DNA of 33,020 nucleotides, from NCBI GenBank assembly GCA_965644295.1, contig CBFFRP010000003.1, forward strand, positions 1 to 33,020. Direction: 5' to 3'. Position numbers and translations under genes: made by a program. A model generated the notes under the pieces. The model saw only the letters and a program-made list of their open reading frames with translations. It ran no database searches and was not told where the DNA came from. Of this stretch, positions 22,995-33,020 are shown in pieces (within the stretch, counting starts at the first letter, position 1; every line of letters starts with the position of its first letter). The stretch comes from Paraphysomonas bandaiensis. Its lineage: Eukaryota; Protista; Chrysophyceae.

Positions 22995-25037
22995 TGAGAT
23001 ATATCTTGCGTCAATCTGATATATCAGTTGTAAAATATGTGTTATAGCTTGTGGTTACTTATAGGAATAGTTTATTTTGCTATGTACTATACTTATACTT
23101 TTGTTGTCGTTGAGCCCTGACTGTTACAGTATGTGTATTGTATTCGGCTACGATTTACTTCAACAATCCTAAAGTATTTTTCTAACATTATTTCTGATGT
23201 GGCGTATATATGCACCTCTTTTAAAATAATATACTAATTATAAAATAAAATTTTGTATTATCCCAATTTTGTCTCAAAAATACTTTTTTTGAATTGGCTT
23301 CAACAGAATGCTCATATTAGCACCGGGCATATATCGACATTCAACTTCAACATTCGGTCCAACAGAAACTCACTTCTATTTTAATTATAATATTGAGTCA
23401 ATTTTATCCTCCATCCACATAACTCTGACTCCTACCCCAAAGGGCGCCCCCCTGATTAACCGCACCTTGTCACCGAAGGACTATATGTCCATGGAGAGCC
23501 CCGACACATACTCAAGAGTAAAAGTGGTTGCACCTTGGTTAAATAGTAGAATGTCAGAGTTGTTAAGCACTAGTTAGTGAAATTGCAGGAGTGTTTAAGT
23601 ATCATATCTGATGCTAAATACTTATCCATCATTTAAAGTGAACAATATGCTAACGTGGGAAATTTTCAAAAATTTGGGAAAATCTAGTAGATTTTTAAGA
23701 ATTGTTGTAGAATGGTTCTAAAAGTGCTTCAATTCAATAATAGTACAGTGTTAATAATTATTTTTATTAATATTTAGATCTTATAGGACACACCAACAGC
23801 ACGTCTCCTTTTATCAGTAATACGTTGTCTGCCCTAAAATACTACTACTATCAACCCACTGGTCACCATGTGCAACAATTGAATAGTTCCCAGAAGACCA
23901 CAAAATCTAGGCGCAGAACTCTTTCAAACTACAGCAGGTGCTTTCAACTTATTGCGTTTAGTGCATATTCTTGACGCCAATTGCTAATAATAAGACTTTC
24001 ATATATGCTGAATGCTGAATACTGAATAGGTGGTTAGGAGCAGTAGCACCCAGTTCTTTCAAAGCTTGGGTCACGTCGTGCTTATATCAGGATTGTGTGC
24101 CTCATGTCATAGACACATCATTTAAATCAGGTGTACTAGCAGAAGAGGTTAAGCGCGTTGTCTATAAATGATGATATGGTAATGATGCTAATTATATAAG
24201 GCAATAAGAAGCTTCGTGCGACTACAACTTTTTACACTCATCATCACACTTATGTACTAATATCAACACCTCGCAGTTGCTATTCCCTCTTAGTATAAAC
24301 ACTCAGTATCTTTCTGTGGTAGGAGTACATTTTTTTCGTTGTAGTTATATTATAAATACTTGGGGTGTATTGTTTTGAGTTAATCTAGGGCAATTGTTAT
24401 TCCCTAGGCATACTGTATACGTACCATTATAAGTTGAAACAAAATATGAATTTTCTTAATCAGGAACCACCTATTTCGTTTTCGTCGAATGCCTGTTTAT
24501 TCGTCAGAGGTCCAAAGACATCTACACAAGAGTGACCCTTGTACCACACAAGCATATGGCTATGAGTAGGCAGAAAATTATCTGTTGACTTTATATGGAG
24601 AAATATCTCCAGTACATATCCCCCAGAACACCACGAAAAGGTGCAAGTCCGGTTTTGTTGAGGGAATCGAGAGTGGTTGCACCTTTTGGTGCTTGCAATG
24701 AAGCACAAGCAGCTTTTGTAGCGCTAAATAATAGGATATCAGAGTTAAGCACTAGTTAGATAAATTGTTTTGCTACATTAGTTCCGACTCTTAAACTATT
24801 GCTAATAATAAGACATTCACTACTCTCTTGCTTAATTCTTGATACCTACTGATATAGCTACTGGAAATAGATGTTTCATATAGAAATATGTATTCTTGGA
24901 TGAATGAATCTTGGATGTTGTTATTAAATTATATTTTTGACTATTAAGAGATAATAGCCATAATAGCACTGATCATAAACTGTCAAACTCGATAATTCTT
25001 ATTTTCTTCAGTGCATAAATAACTTGCGGTTTTGTTA

Positions 25038-28000
25038 TTAATAAACCGCTTCCTCTTTGCTTCCAGAAGTGTCATCTGGTTGATATATTTCTTCCGAAGG
25101 TGCTTCATCATGACCACCAGCCTCCAAGTCACTCGACAGACTCTTTTCATCGAAAAGTGGATTAACAAATTCTGTTGACTGAGGCGTAGTTTTTAGTTCA
25201 ATACTTGATGAGGTCTCATTGACAGGGATAGAAGGCGTTTCACTTGCAGCGGCACGATTTAATGACTTACCTCTTATCTTAAAATACCAGTACCCTCCAG
25301 CCAATACACACAATATCACCAATGCGACAGTCACAGTCACAATTACAACAGTGAAATCAACCCCATTTCCACCCCCTCCTCCACCGTTTCCATGTGTGTC
25401 TGTGTCCCCAGCGGGTGTAGGACTATAGGTACCAATGGTAGTGAAGGTGTCTCCAAACTCGGCCACAGAAAATGATGCCGTAGTCGAAGGAGATATTGTT
25501 GTCGAGCCCAATGATACAGCAGTGGACACAAATTCTGACGCTGTAGAAGGATCAATATACTGCTCATTTATAGCTTGCTGTATGTCAATAGCTAAATCAC
25601 TCGAGTCACTGTACCCAGAAAAGTCGTCCATTAACACTGTCACTGTGTATGATATATTGCAAGAAACACTGCCACTTAGAAGTCGCCCATCAATCAGTTC
25701 CACACGCCGGGAAGATAGTGCAGCATGCCCTGTCGTCAAATCACCGTTATCATCAATACTATCGATGTCGATCATGTCGTAGGTCAAATTACGCATTGAA
25801 TCAGCGGTCGTAATACGAAAGGACAATTGTGCGGCATCATCGAAATCATCCGCCGATAGACCATTAATAGTTTCCATAGCGTCAAAGTACACTGTTACCG
25901 CCAGGGGAATATGTTTGGGTGTGGGTCGCGGGGTTGGGGAGGACAACGGTGCGTTGGTCGGATTCGGCGTAGGAGCGTCAGTGGCTGGTTTGGGTGGAGT
26001 AGTTGTTGGAACGGAAGAAGTCGGCAACAGCGTTGGGTTAAATGCAATACAGTTGTACCCATTGCTGCCACATGGGTATTTTCTTCCGTACAAACACGTC
26101 GAATCGCAACAATCCCCACCATCCCAGTTACATTCCGCCGTGTTATATCCACCACCTCTATCGCAATATCCATCTCCGACATTTTCCCTGAAATTAACGT
26201 TGCAACCTGTCATTGTGGGGTACGGAGATATAGTGGGCTTTAGTGTAGGATAAGAAGTAGGGCTGGGAGTCGGGCGAATGGTTGGTTGATACGTTGGCAT
26301 TCTTGAGGGTGATGCTGTGGGTGCGACTGTAGGCTTAAACGTAGGAGTAGGCACCGTGACCTTGCAGTCGTAACCATTATACCCGCACGAATACGTTGGA
26401 GTTGGCACACACGTATTCTCACAGCAGTCCCCTCCATCCCAAGCACACACCTCGTTGTTGGCGGTATCATCGCAATAACCATCTCCAACATAAGGTGAAT
26501 CACATCCTGGTAGGGTTGGGTGAGCTGTGCGCTGATAAGTCGGTTCAGGAGTAGGTTTGTCAGTGGCACGTATTGTCGGATCGGAGGTTGGATTCAGATT
26601 AACACCACCGGTTGCAGCGCTGCCAAGCAAAAATGTTCCTGACGAATCGACAAATTGTACATCATCAGAAGTCAGACGTCTACCATCTGACACAGAATAA
26701 CTCTCGTAGAGGTCGACAAGTTTTGATCCAATATCGAAAGAATATGACACACTGGACGACAGATCAAGGAGCTCCAACAACTGGTCAAAAACTGAAGCAC
26801 ACATGTCCTCAGAAAAAGACCCAGATAACATAAGAAATGTCTGAAACTTGTCATTTTCAATAGAATCAAAATATTTTTCCCATGCAATTTCATCTTTGTC
26901 AAATACGGTGAAGTCAAGAGTCAGGTCGATCTCGATTCCCTGATTCTCGCTGTCGATATTAGCGATATTGGCATTTAGGCACAGGCTCATCCCAAGCATG
27001 TCAAGAAACGAGGTAACACGATTCACGGCATTTTCGATGTCTGAAGTCACATCGTCATTATCATCCTGTAAATACTCCATCAAGTCTCGCAAACACAATT
27101 CATTGTCCTCTCCAACATTGATCTTTAACATATCCACGCCCTCTGACCCAGGAAAAGTAGAAGAAGAAGTAAGCGTTGTGCCTGCCAGTTGTTCGAAAAA
27201 ATAGTCAACAGTGGAGTCAGATCCACTTGGAAAATCGAACTCCGGAAAAGTCACACCCCATGTCATGTCCATGCCAGCAGCTGTCAGCTGCGAAAGATCT
27301 TCGATATAGGCACCAGCAAATACCGTGAACGATAGAACCGTGTTACTGTCCACATCAATTCCGATAACCGCTTCGCAAAGCACATTCAAAGGAAAATTTT
27401 TATAATGAGCTTGGCACTTGGTACCGTCCTGCAATGAAAATGACAGAGAACCTGTCTGAAACATTAGCCCCGAGAACTCAACAACTACGTCGTTCTTCGG
27501 CATTTCGGAAAGTGTAAGCTCTTCCCCTACTTCAGGATCTTCGCTGGGGTCAACAGCAGTGAAGTAATCAGACTGCCCCACAACGCCGTCAGATGTAGAC
27601 ACTTTGACATAGTACTGAGAACCAACACTAAAGTAAGAAGAGCTCAGGCTGATTTCGTACGATCCAGACGCTACCGTGTTGCCACAGAAGAGGTAGGTGT
27701 TCGTCAAGTACTGATAGAAACACACACTAACAGAGGCGTAGTCATCTATTGACCAGTGATCCCACTCCACCACATGCCAGTCACTCGGAACCCCCCACTT
27801 ATCACCATGTTTCGGGCTGGCGACAACAATTTGAGGTTTTTGTTCTGGAAATTCCATACATCCATTCCAAAATGTTGAGGTAAAATATGTCGGAGCAAAA
27901 ATCGAAAACTGAGGGGATTGCATGGATTCAAATACAACTAGGCCTAAGTACGGCACAGAAACTTCTGCCATGCCAACCTGGACAGCAAGCCCAACGTAAA

Positions 28001-30971
28001 AACTGTAGCTCAGCCCATTGACAGAGGAAGCACAAGTATCACTTGCCAGTTGTCGTCCACTCTTTAAATTTCTACTTGAAAGTGAATTATTATATTGGCC
28101 GTTCCTGACCAGGCGAAATTCTTTAGTCTGCTGATGGTAATACGGCCTCCCTCGTGAATCGAGCGTGGATGCTCGAGACATACTCGAAGTATAAGTAGAT
28201 GACGCATCTTCACTCAAGAACGGAAACAATGTGCTCTTCGACTGTTTCGAACCAAATGGTTTAGGGGCTGTATGCTGCAACGATGCTGGATCATGTTCAG
28301 TACCCACTTCATTGTTAGCAACAGCGTGGGAGTCTGATTTCGTTGTAAATCGTCGAACTGGAGGAGAACCACCAATATTTACCTCTCCTTTACTATCACT
28401 ATAACGCAGAGTTAGAGCGGAAGCACCTAATTCATACTCGAATGAAATTATATCTGCCGTATTGCCAACAACATCGTACGCATCAACTGACCACTCAATG
28501 TGGTCATCATACCACGTACAGGATACAGTACATAAATGAGTGCTATCGCAGTAACTACTGAGAGGATCAAAGGTGTACGTAACAGGGGTCGGAGATGAAA
28601 ACCATGAGCTCTCTTCTTTTGCGTATACTTTAATTTTCGAGACTAACGCAGGATCTGCGTAAAATTTAAACTTAACTTTAGTCGTCGTGGAGGACAAGTA
28701 CTGGAAAGAACTGACTGGATTGTAAGTAATTTGACTTGTTGTCTCGGAATAATCTTCATACTCAAATGTTACGTACACCTCTTGCGTATTATCATCGCCA
28801 GCATAAACAGGATCATTACTGTATACAGTAGTCATATCCAAATCTAGGTAGGAGTTCCCTTGATAAACATAATAGAAGCCGTAGAGATAATTCTCACTTT
28901 CGAAAGCACCAGTGGACTCATACACTCTGACCGTTATCGTTTCGCCAACAGCAATATTCGTTGTAATATACACTCTCAGCGTTCTGTAGTTGTATAGTAG
29001 TGATAAGGAACCGTCAAGCTCCATTTCAACATCCAGTTCGTCGCTCCAATCGCTAAATCCTCTGGCACTATATGCACGGTACCAAATTTCGTAATCACTG
29101 TCGCTCACATCAATATGAATCGTGTCTTCAGAATCATTATCTCCCTCGGCTGTAAATCCCAGAAGATCCCCATCTCGAAGTTCATAATAGCTGCGACCAC
29201 TGTCATCATCGCCCAACAACTCGTACGTCAGGGCATCCGAGTAGTAATCATCCCACTTGTAATTCGTCCCGTACTTATTTCCAGGATCAGTAGTATCATA
29301 TAACATACAAAGATAATTATTGCTCTTGATGAATGTGAAAAGTACACAACTATCGTACGTCCTACATTTATCAGCACAGAGGATTTCATTGGAATCGTAC
29401 TGTGTATCTTCAATCTGGATGTCTAAATTCACCACCCATTTCGGTTCTGTGTTGGGGTATCGCGCAGTGGTTGTAGACCAGCGCTCAAAGAACCCTATGG
29501 AGCTAAGTGTAAACGAATCCGCAAACCAACAGCTACTGCAGGTGTATTTGACTTCATAACTAGTGATCTCGTAATCAGATGCCGGTGGAGTAAGCGCAAG
29601 CAGGATACTATCGTGGGTAACGGATACAAGTGTAGGAGGGTTGGAAGGTTTGGATGGTTTATCCGCATTATTGTAGTCGTTCACGTTGCCACTACCTGGA
29701 TTAGAATTGTCAGGCTCACCCGAGGCAGCGTCCCATATCTCTACACCCAAATAAGGCTTTGGGTCCACATAGAAGTCAATAATTCCATAAGGCGACATGT
29801 ACAAGCGGGGGATAATATAGATGCGTGGATTAAAGGTGCCACCGCTCTTGGAAGAAGACAACGAGAGAGGAGTACCACTGTACGACCAAGAATCGCTTTC
29901 GATCACGTTGACTTCTCCATCCGAATCAGCTATCTCAATGCCGTATTCAACACTCGCTGATGCGGTATATCCACCGAACAAAGAGGCATCTAAAGTGGAC
30001 TCCACGACTTCGAATTGCGCCAGGAGCTGAAATCTAGGAATGATAACGAGTGGTACAATACCAACACTAAAAGTCCAGGCACCCATATTAAATACTCTTG
30101 ACAGTTCAATTTCGTCGCTCTTTCCCTCTGGAGGTGCAGTTAAACGAACATAAGCGCTAACCTCAGCCTCTCCGGTGAACAGCATCTTCAAGTAGTCGAC
30201 ATACGGGAACAAATAGTAAGCGTAGTCAATATCCATCTCAAAAGTAATCCCTGGTGTGAAATAGGCGTAGCATTGCTCGCACACACAAGTACCAGATGTG
30301 TAAGGGATATCAATAGATCCTTCCTCTGCTCGACCAGTGCTTTCATCGTAATTAAAGCTGAATGTCTCCGATTCGGACCTCGCGAACCACGACTCATCGT
30401 TATCTTTTCCCTCTGTGCGAAAGTCACCATTGTCAGAGTTTACGAGTGGTGGAATGTAAAGCCGAATACTACTCTTCTCGAATAGATGAGTAAAAGGAAC
30501 AACAAATGTTGACAAGACAAGAACATTTCCATCCATAACCATGCCTTCAATACTGCGATAAAGGGGCTCCTCACGCATATCAGTGTATCGACCACTGCTG
30601 CACCCCCATGAATCATCACCAACAATAAACTTCATATCATAAAGATTATCTTGTGTTTCAATAGGATCAGATGAATGAATTATAACAGTTTCATTATTTA
30701 TACAATCAATATGTATGATATGATCATCATGATCTAATTGATACACACCTTCACGTAATGTGACATCATAATTCATACGTACACCACTATGATGATCCAA
30801 ACTATGTGTAAACCTTCTCCCATGTTGTGAATAATGATTAAGTTCATTAATTCCACGAAATGCGGGTTTAGGCCGGTATGATCGAGGGGAATGATAGGTG
30901 TATGTATTATACACCTCTGCATGACTTGATTGGCATAATTCTACCATAAAATATACGAGAAATAACATCAT
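25038..30971 (-). CDS. 1977-aa single-exon type I cell-surface protein (signal peptide, FN3, PAN/Apple, Ig-like, two LNR repeats, PT mucin stalks, SEA-like region, TM, short tail)
   Basis: Uninterrupted ORF. N-terminal hydrophobic signal; GDGYCD...C.WDGGDCC twice; CADKCRTYDSCVLFTF...CMLY; YEIWYRAYSARGFSDWS; TM VVIVTVTVALVILCVLAGGYWYF followed by KIRGK. Confidence 0.85.
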   Translation of the reverse strand: MMLFLVYFMVELCQSSHAEVYNTYTYHSPRSYRPKPAFRGINELNHYSQHGRRFTHSLDHHSGVRMNYDVTLREGVYQLDHDDHIIHIDCINNETVIIHSSDPIETQDNLYDMKFIVGDDSWGCSSGRYTDMREEPLYRSIEGMVMDGNVLVLSTFVVPFTHLFEKSSIRLYIPPLVNSDNGDFRTEGKDNDESWFARSESETFSFNYDESTGRAEEGSIDIPYTSGTCVCEQCYAYFTPGITFEMDIDYAYYLFPYVDYLKMLFTGEAEVSAYVRLTAPPEGKSDEIELSRVFNMGAWTFSVGIVPLVIIPRFQLLAQFEVVESTLDASLFGGYTASASVEYGIEIADSDGEVNVIESDSWSYSGTPLSLSSSKSGGTFNPRIYIIPRLYMSPYGIIDFYVDPKPYLGVEIWDAASGEPDNSNPGSGNVNDYNNADKPSKPSNPPTLVSVTHDSILLALTPPASDYEITSYEVKYTCSSCWFADSFTLSSIGFFERWSTTTARYPNTEPKWVVNLDIQIEDTQYDSNEILCADKCRTYDSCVLFTFIKSNNYLCMLYDTTDPGNKYGTNYKWDDYYSDALTYELLGDDDSGRSYYELRDGDLLGFTAEGDNDSEDTIHIDVSDSDYEIWYRAYSARGFSDWSDELDVEMELDGSLSLLYNYRTLRVYITTNIAVGETITVRVYESTGAFESENYLYGFYYVYQGNSYLDLDMTTVYSNDPVYAGDDNTQEVYVTFEYEDYSETTSQITYNPVSSFQYLSSTTTKVKFKFYADPALVSKIKVYAKEESSWFSSPTPVTYTFDPLSSYCDSTHLCTVSCTWYDDHIEWSVDAYDVVGNTADIISFEYELGASALTLRYSDSKGEVNIGGSPPVRRFTTKSDSHAVANNEVGTEHDPASLQHTAPKPFGSKQSKSTLFPFLSEDASSTYTSSMSRASTLDSRGRPYYHQQTKEFRLVRNGQYNNSLSSRNLKSGRQLASDTCASSVNGLSYSFYVGLAVQVGMAEVSVPYLGLVVFESMQSPQFSIFAPTYFTSTFWNGCMEFPEQKPQIVVASPKHGDKWGVPSDWHVVEWDHWSIDDYASVSVCFYQYLTNTYLFCGNTVASGSYEISLSSSYFSVGSQYYVKVSTSDGVVGQSDYFTAVDPSEDPEVGEELTLSEMPKNDVVVEFSGLMFQTGSLSFSLQDGTKCQAHYKNFPLNVLCEAVIGIDVDSNTVLSFTVFAGAYIEDLSQLTAAGMDMTWGVTFPEFDFPSGSDSTVDYFFEQLAGTTLTSSSTFPGSEGVDMLKINVGEDNELCLRDLMEYLQDDNDDVTSDIENAVNRVTSFLDMLGMSLCLNANIANIDSENQGIEIDLTLDFTVFDKDEIAWEKYFDSIENDKFQTFLMLSGSFSEDMCASVFDQLLELLDLSSSVSYSFDIGSKLVDLYESYSVSDGRRLTSDDVQFVDSSGTFLLGSAATGGVNLNPTSDPTIRATDKPTPEPTYQRTAHPTLPGCDSPYVGDGYCDDTANNEVCAWDGGDCCENTCVPTPTYSCGYNGYDCKVTVPTPTFKPTVAPTASPSRMPTYQPTIRPTPSPTSYPTLKPTISPYPTMTGCNVNFRENVGDGYCDRGGGYNTAECNWDGGDCCDSTCLYGRKYPCGSNGYNCIAFNPTLLPTSSVPTTTPPKPATDAPTPNPTNAPLSSPTPRPTPKHIPLAVTVYFDAMETINGLSADDFDDAAQLSFRITTADSMRNLTYDMIDIDSIDDNGDLTTGHAALSSRRVELIDGRLLSGSVSCNISYTVTVLMDDFSGYSDSSDLAIDIQQAINEQYIDPSTASEFVSTAVSLGSTTISPSTTASFSVAEFGDTFTTIGTYSPTPAGDTDTHGNGGGGGGNGVDFTVVIVTVTVALVILCVLAGGYWYFKIRGKSLNRAAASETPSIPVNETSSSIELKTTPQSTEFVNPLFDEKSLSSDLEAGGHDEAPSEEIYQPDDTSGSKEEAVY

Positions 30972-31404
30972 TGTTATTACCCAATAGATTCGTCACAGTA
31001 ATCCTATAGATAAGGGTGTCTATAGGTCGTATAGTATTATGGTAATGGAGAGAGTCGATTATATATATATGTATACATATATATATGAAGATATGCATAC
31101 ATATATATGAAGACATACGAAGACATGAAGTTTATATCTATGAAGTTGTTTATATATAGAAAGACACGAACGGACATCAACTTCCATAAATCAACTTCTT
31201 TAACTGGATTGCTTACAAGTGAAGTTATTAAAGATCCAACGTGTCTGTTTAAGATACTAAGATACAATATTATAGCCTACAAATGATCAAACTGAAAAAA
31301 ATGAAAATACACTGAAGATAGAAAATTCATATTTTTCGCTTCTACTTCCAGGAAATTTGAAACAACACCGGCAGAGATATAAATCACATTCATTTGGACA
31401 TATT

Positions 31405-31555
31405 CGTATGGGCAGTCAGCATCTTAGTTTTCGGAAATAAATTGAAGCAATAATACTCCATATTAATGCTATACAACTACGTCTGGAATACAGATAATTG
31501 TTGTCTCAATATTAGAGGCATCTTGAAACTAAAATACACAAAGGATGCCCATACG
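31405..31555 (+). repeat. ~150-bp dispersed repeat, copy 4 (solo)
   Basis: Same core; perfect 10-bp terminal inverted repeat CGTATGGGCA/TGCCCATACG. Confidence 0.85.
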
Positions 31556-31743
31556 TTATCATATACAGTATACTATACACTATACTTGGATTCCTACGAA
31601 CGTAGTATGGTATATTTGTGGGAATAAAAAACTAAAGTTTTATAAGAAAGCTATAATTTTTTGCATAAAATCTCAACAATGGAAGGGTTTGCACAAAAAT
31701 CCATTACATGCATGTATCTATATTGCTGTTTGTGTTGTAGTGC

Positions 31744-32321
31744 AGGCTCACTCCATACAAGGCCAAAACACCTCGAGAAATGCAAAACTCGAGCGGCATT
31801 ATCCGGATATTCTCTCCATAGAGACTAACATTTCGAGAATTGCAAAAGTCGACTTTCATTATCTCACCATACAAGTACGGAAAGCCGCACTTTAAACTCT
31901 CTCACGCGACAGTAAACTTGTTCCCAAACTAAAGTCGTTTGAGCTCGCTTAAAGCTCTTATATCTCTGGCTGGAGGAGGGGCCATTCCGAGGACGACCAA
32001 TTTTTTGATATCTACGACAACATATTCGCTTCAACAACAACACTTTCAGCCATCTTCTGCGAATACAATGTGCCCGATACAATAATCTGTTACAAAGTTG
32101 TTTACATGCATCGTTTGGTCGACTTTGATACAGATGAATATCAACTTTGGTTAAAGTCGATATAAAAGTCGGTAACCTAATTTTCTTTTAGATCGAGGTT
32201 GCCTAGTAAATCTCGAGTTTGGCAAAAGTCGAGTTTTGCTATTCTCAAGATTTTGCTTGTATGGAATGAAACTGCTCGAGTTTTGCATTTCTCGGGTTTT
32301 GGCCTTGTATAGAGTGAGCCT
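31744..32321. mobile_element. 578-bp non-autonomous MITE with ~50-bp TIRs (possibly PIF/Harbinger-like)
   Basis: AGGCTCACTCCATACAAGGCCAAAAC..CGAGAAATGCAAAACTCGAGC versus GCTCGAGTTTTGCATTTCTCGGGTTTTGGCCTTGTATAGAGTGAGCCT. Subterminal AAAGTCGA/TCGACTTT motifs. No clean TSD seen. Confidence 0.85.
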
Positions 32322-33020
32322 TAATGAGGGATATCAATGTACAGTACTGCTATATGCATATATATATGGGCAACAGAGTTAAAAATAGAATTTATTATAA
32401 ATGCTGTTGGTGTAGATAGGTTTAGGATAAACCATTTCCTATATGTATCTTGTGTAGCAGTGTCACCAGAAGTTGTCTCGGTTTAAGGTCAGCACTTTTT
32501 ATATATTTCACATACTGCATAGTGACTGCTGTGTAAGTGTTCTGGATTTAAAGTAATGCTCTTACGATGTAATGTTCTTGCCCTCCACTGGCATATCAGG
32601 AACTTCTTGCAAGGATGCACATGACAGCGTGTTGATGGAGTGTGAATAACATGATCATATGACAGTCGCTATTGCCGCTCTATTTGTTGTATTGTGAGCT
32701 ATTATATATACGTTAATCGTAGTAGTATAGATCTACACATCTATATCTGCTCTATACTATACACTGTAGATACTATGCAAAAACGTAAAGCGTCATTATA
32801 TATAGAAAATATCTACACTATGTACGTATGTACCGTACATATATAGAATATATAGATATCTACTGCTAAGATTAACGTATAAATAACATAAATTAAATTA
32901 ACTTCGAATTAAGTACTACGATGAACTATCAAGATGAAAATAATATAAGGAATCTCGAGTCATAACTTTGTCATCATGAGTTTAAAAAGCTTATGACGAG
33001 TAGGCTGAGTACTTGTTTTT

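Noticed and set aside
25219-30625. Many short plus-strand and off-frame ORFs within the 1977-aa gene
   Set aside because: Antisense or alternative-frame shadows without recognisable motifs.
3745-31555. All four 150-bp repeats share the same orientation
   Set aside because: Expected by chance 1 time in 8; not meaningful alone.
31545-32082. 116-aa and 72-aa ORFs overlapping the repeat and MITE
   Set aside because: They cross element boundaries and show no transposase motifs.
32921-32965. Possible start of a next plus-strand gene (MNYQDENNIRNLES*)
   Set aside because: Stops after 14 codons at the window edge; cannot be supported.

Overview
Gene-dense eukaryotic DNA with short GT-AG introns (about 45-130 nt). 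It is probably from a stramenopile-type protist, which is an inference from gene style and not proven. Nine host genes lie in strictly alternating orientation: EF-hand/triple-C2 protein (-), WDR33/Pfs2 (+), a CYTH-triphosphatase/guanylyltransferase fusion capping enzyme (-), a bacterial-like VOC/glyoxalase (+), DENND11-like (-), a PT-repeat membrane protein (+), MYCBP (-), a putative CID-cyclin fusion (+) and a 1977-aa single-exon surface protein (-). A decayed two-ORF PIF/Harbinger element at about 12.3-15.2 kb shows no obvious TIRs of its own. It is bracketed by two direct copies of a ~150-bp repeat that has terminal inverted repeats and also occurs solo upstream of two other genes. The window also holds a 71-bp inverted duplication inside the transposon ORF1, a 578-bp MITE and a 214-bp (CATA)n tract between two divergent start codons. 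All family assignments are by motif recognition only; no searches were run.
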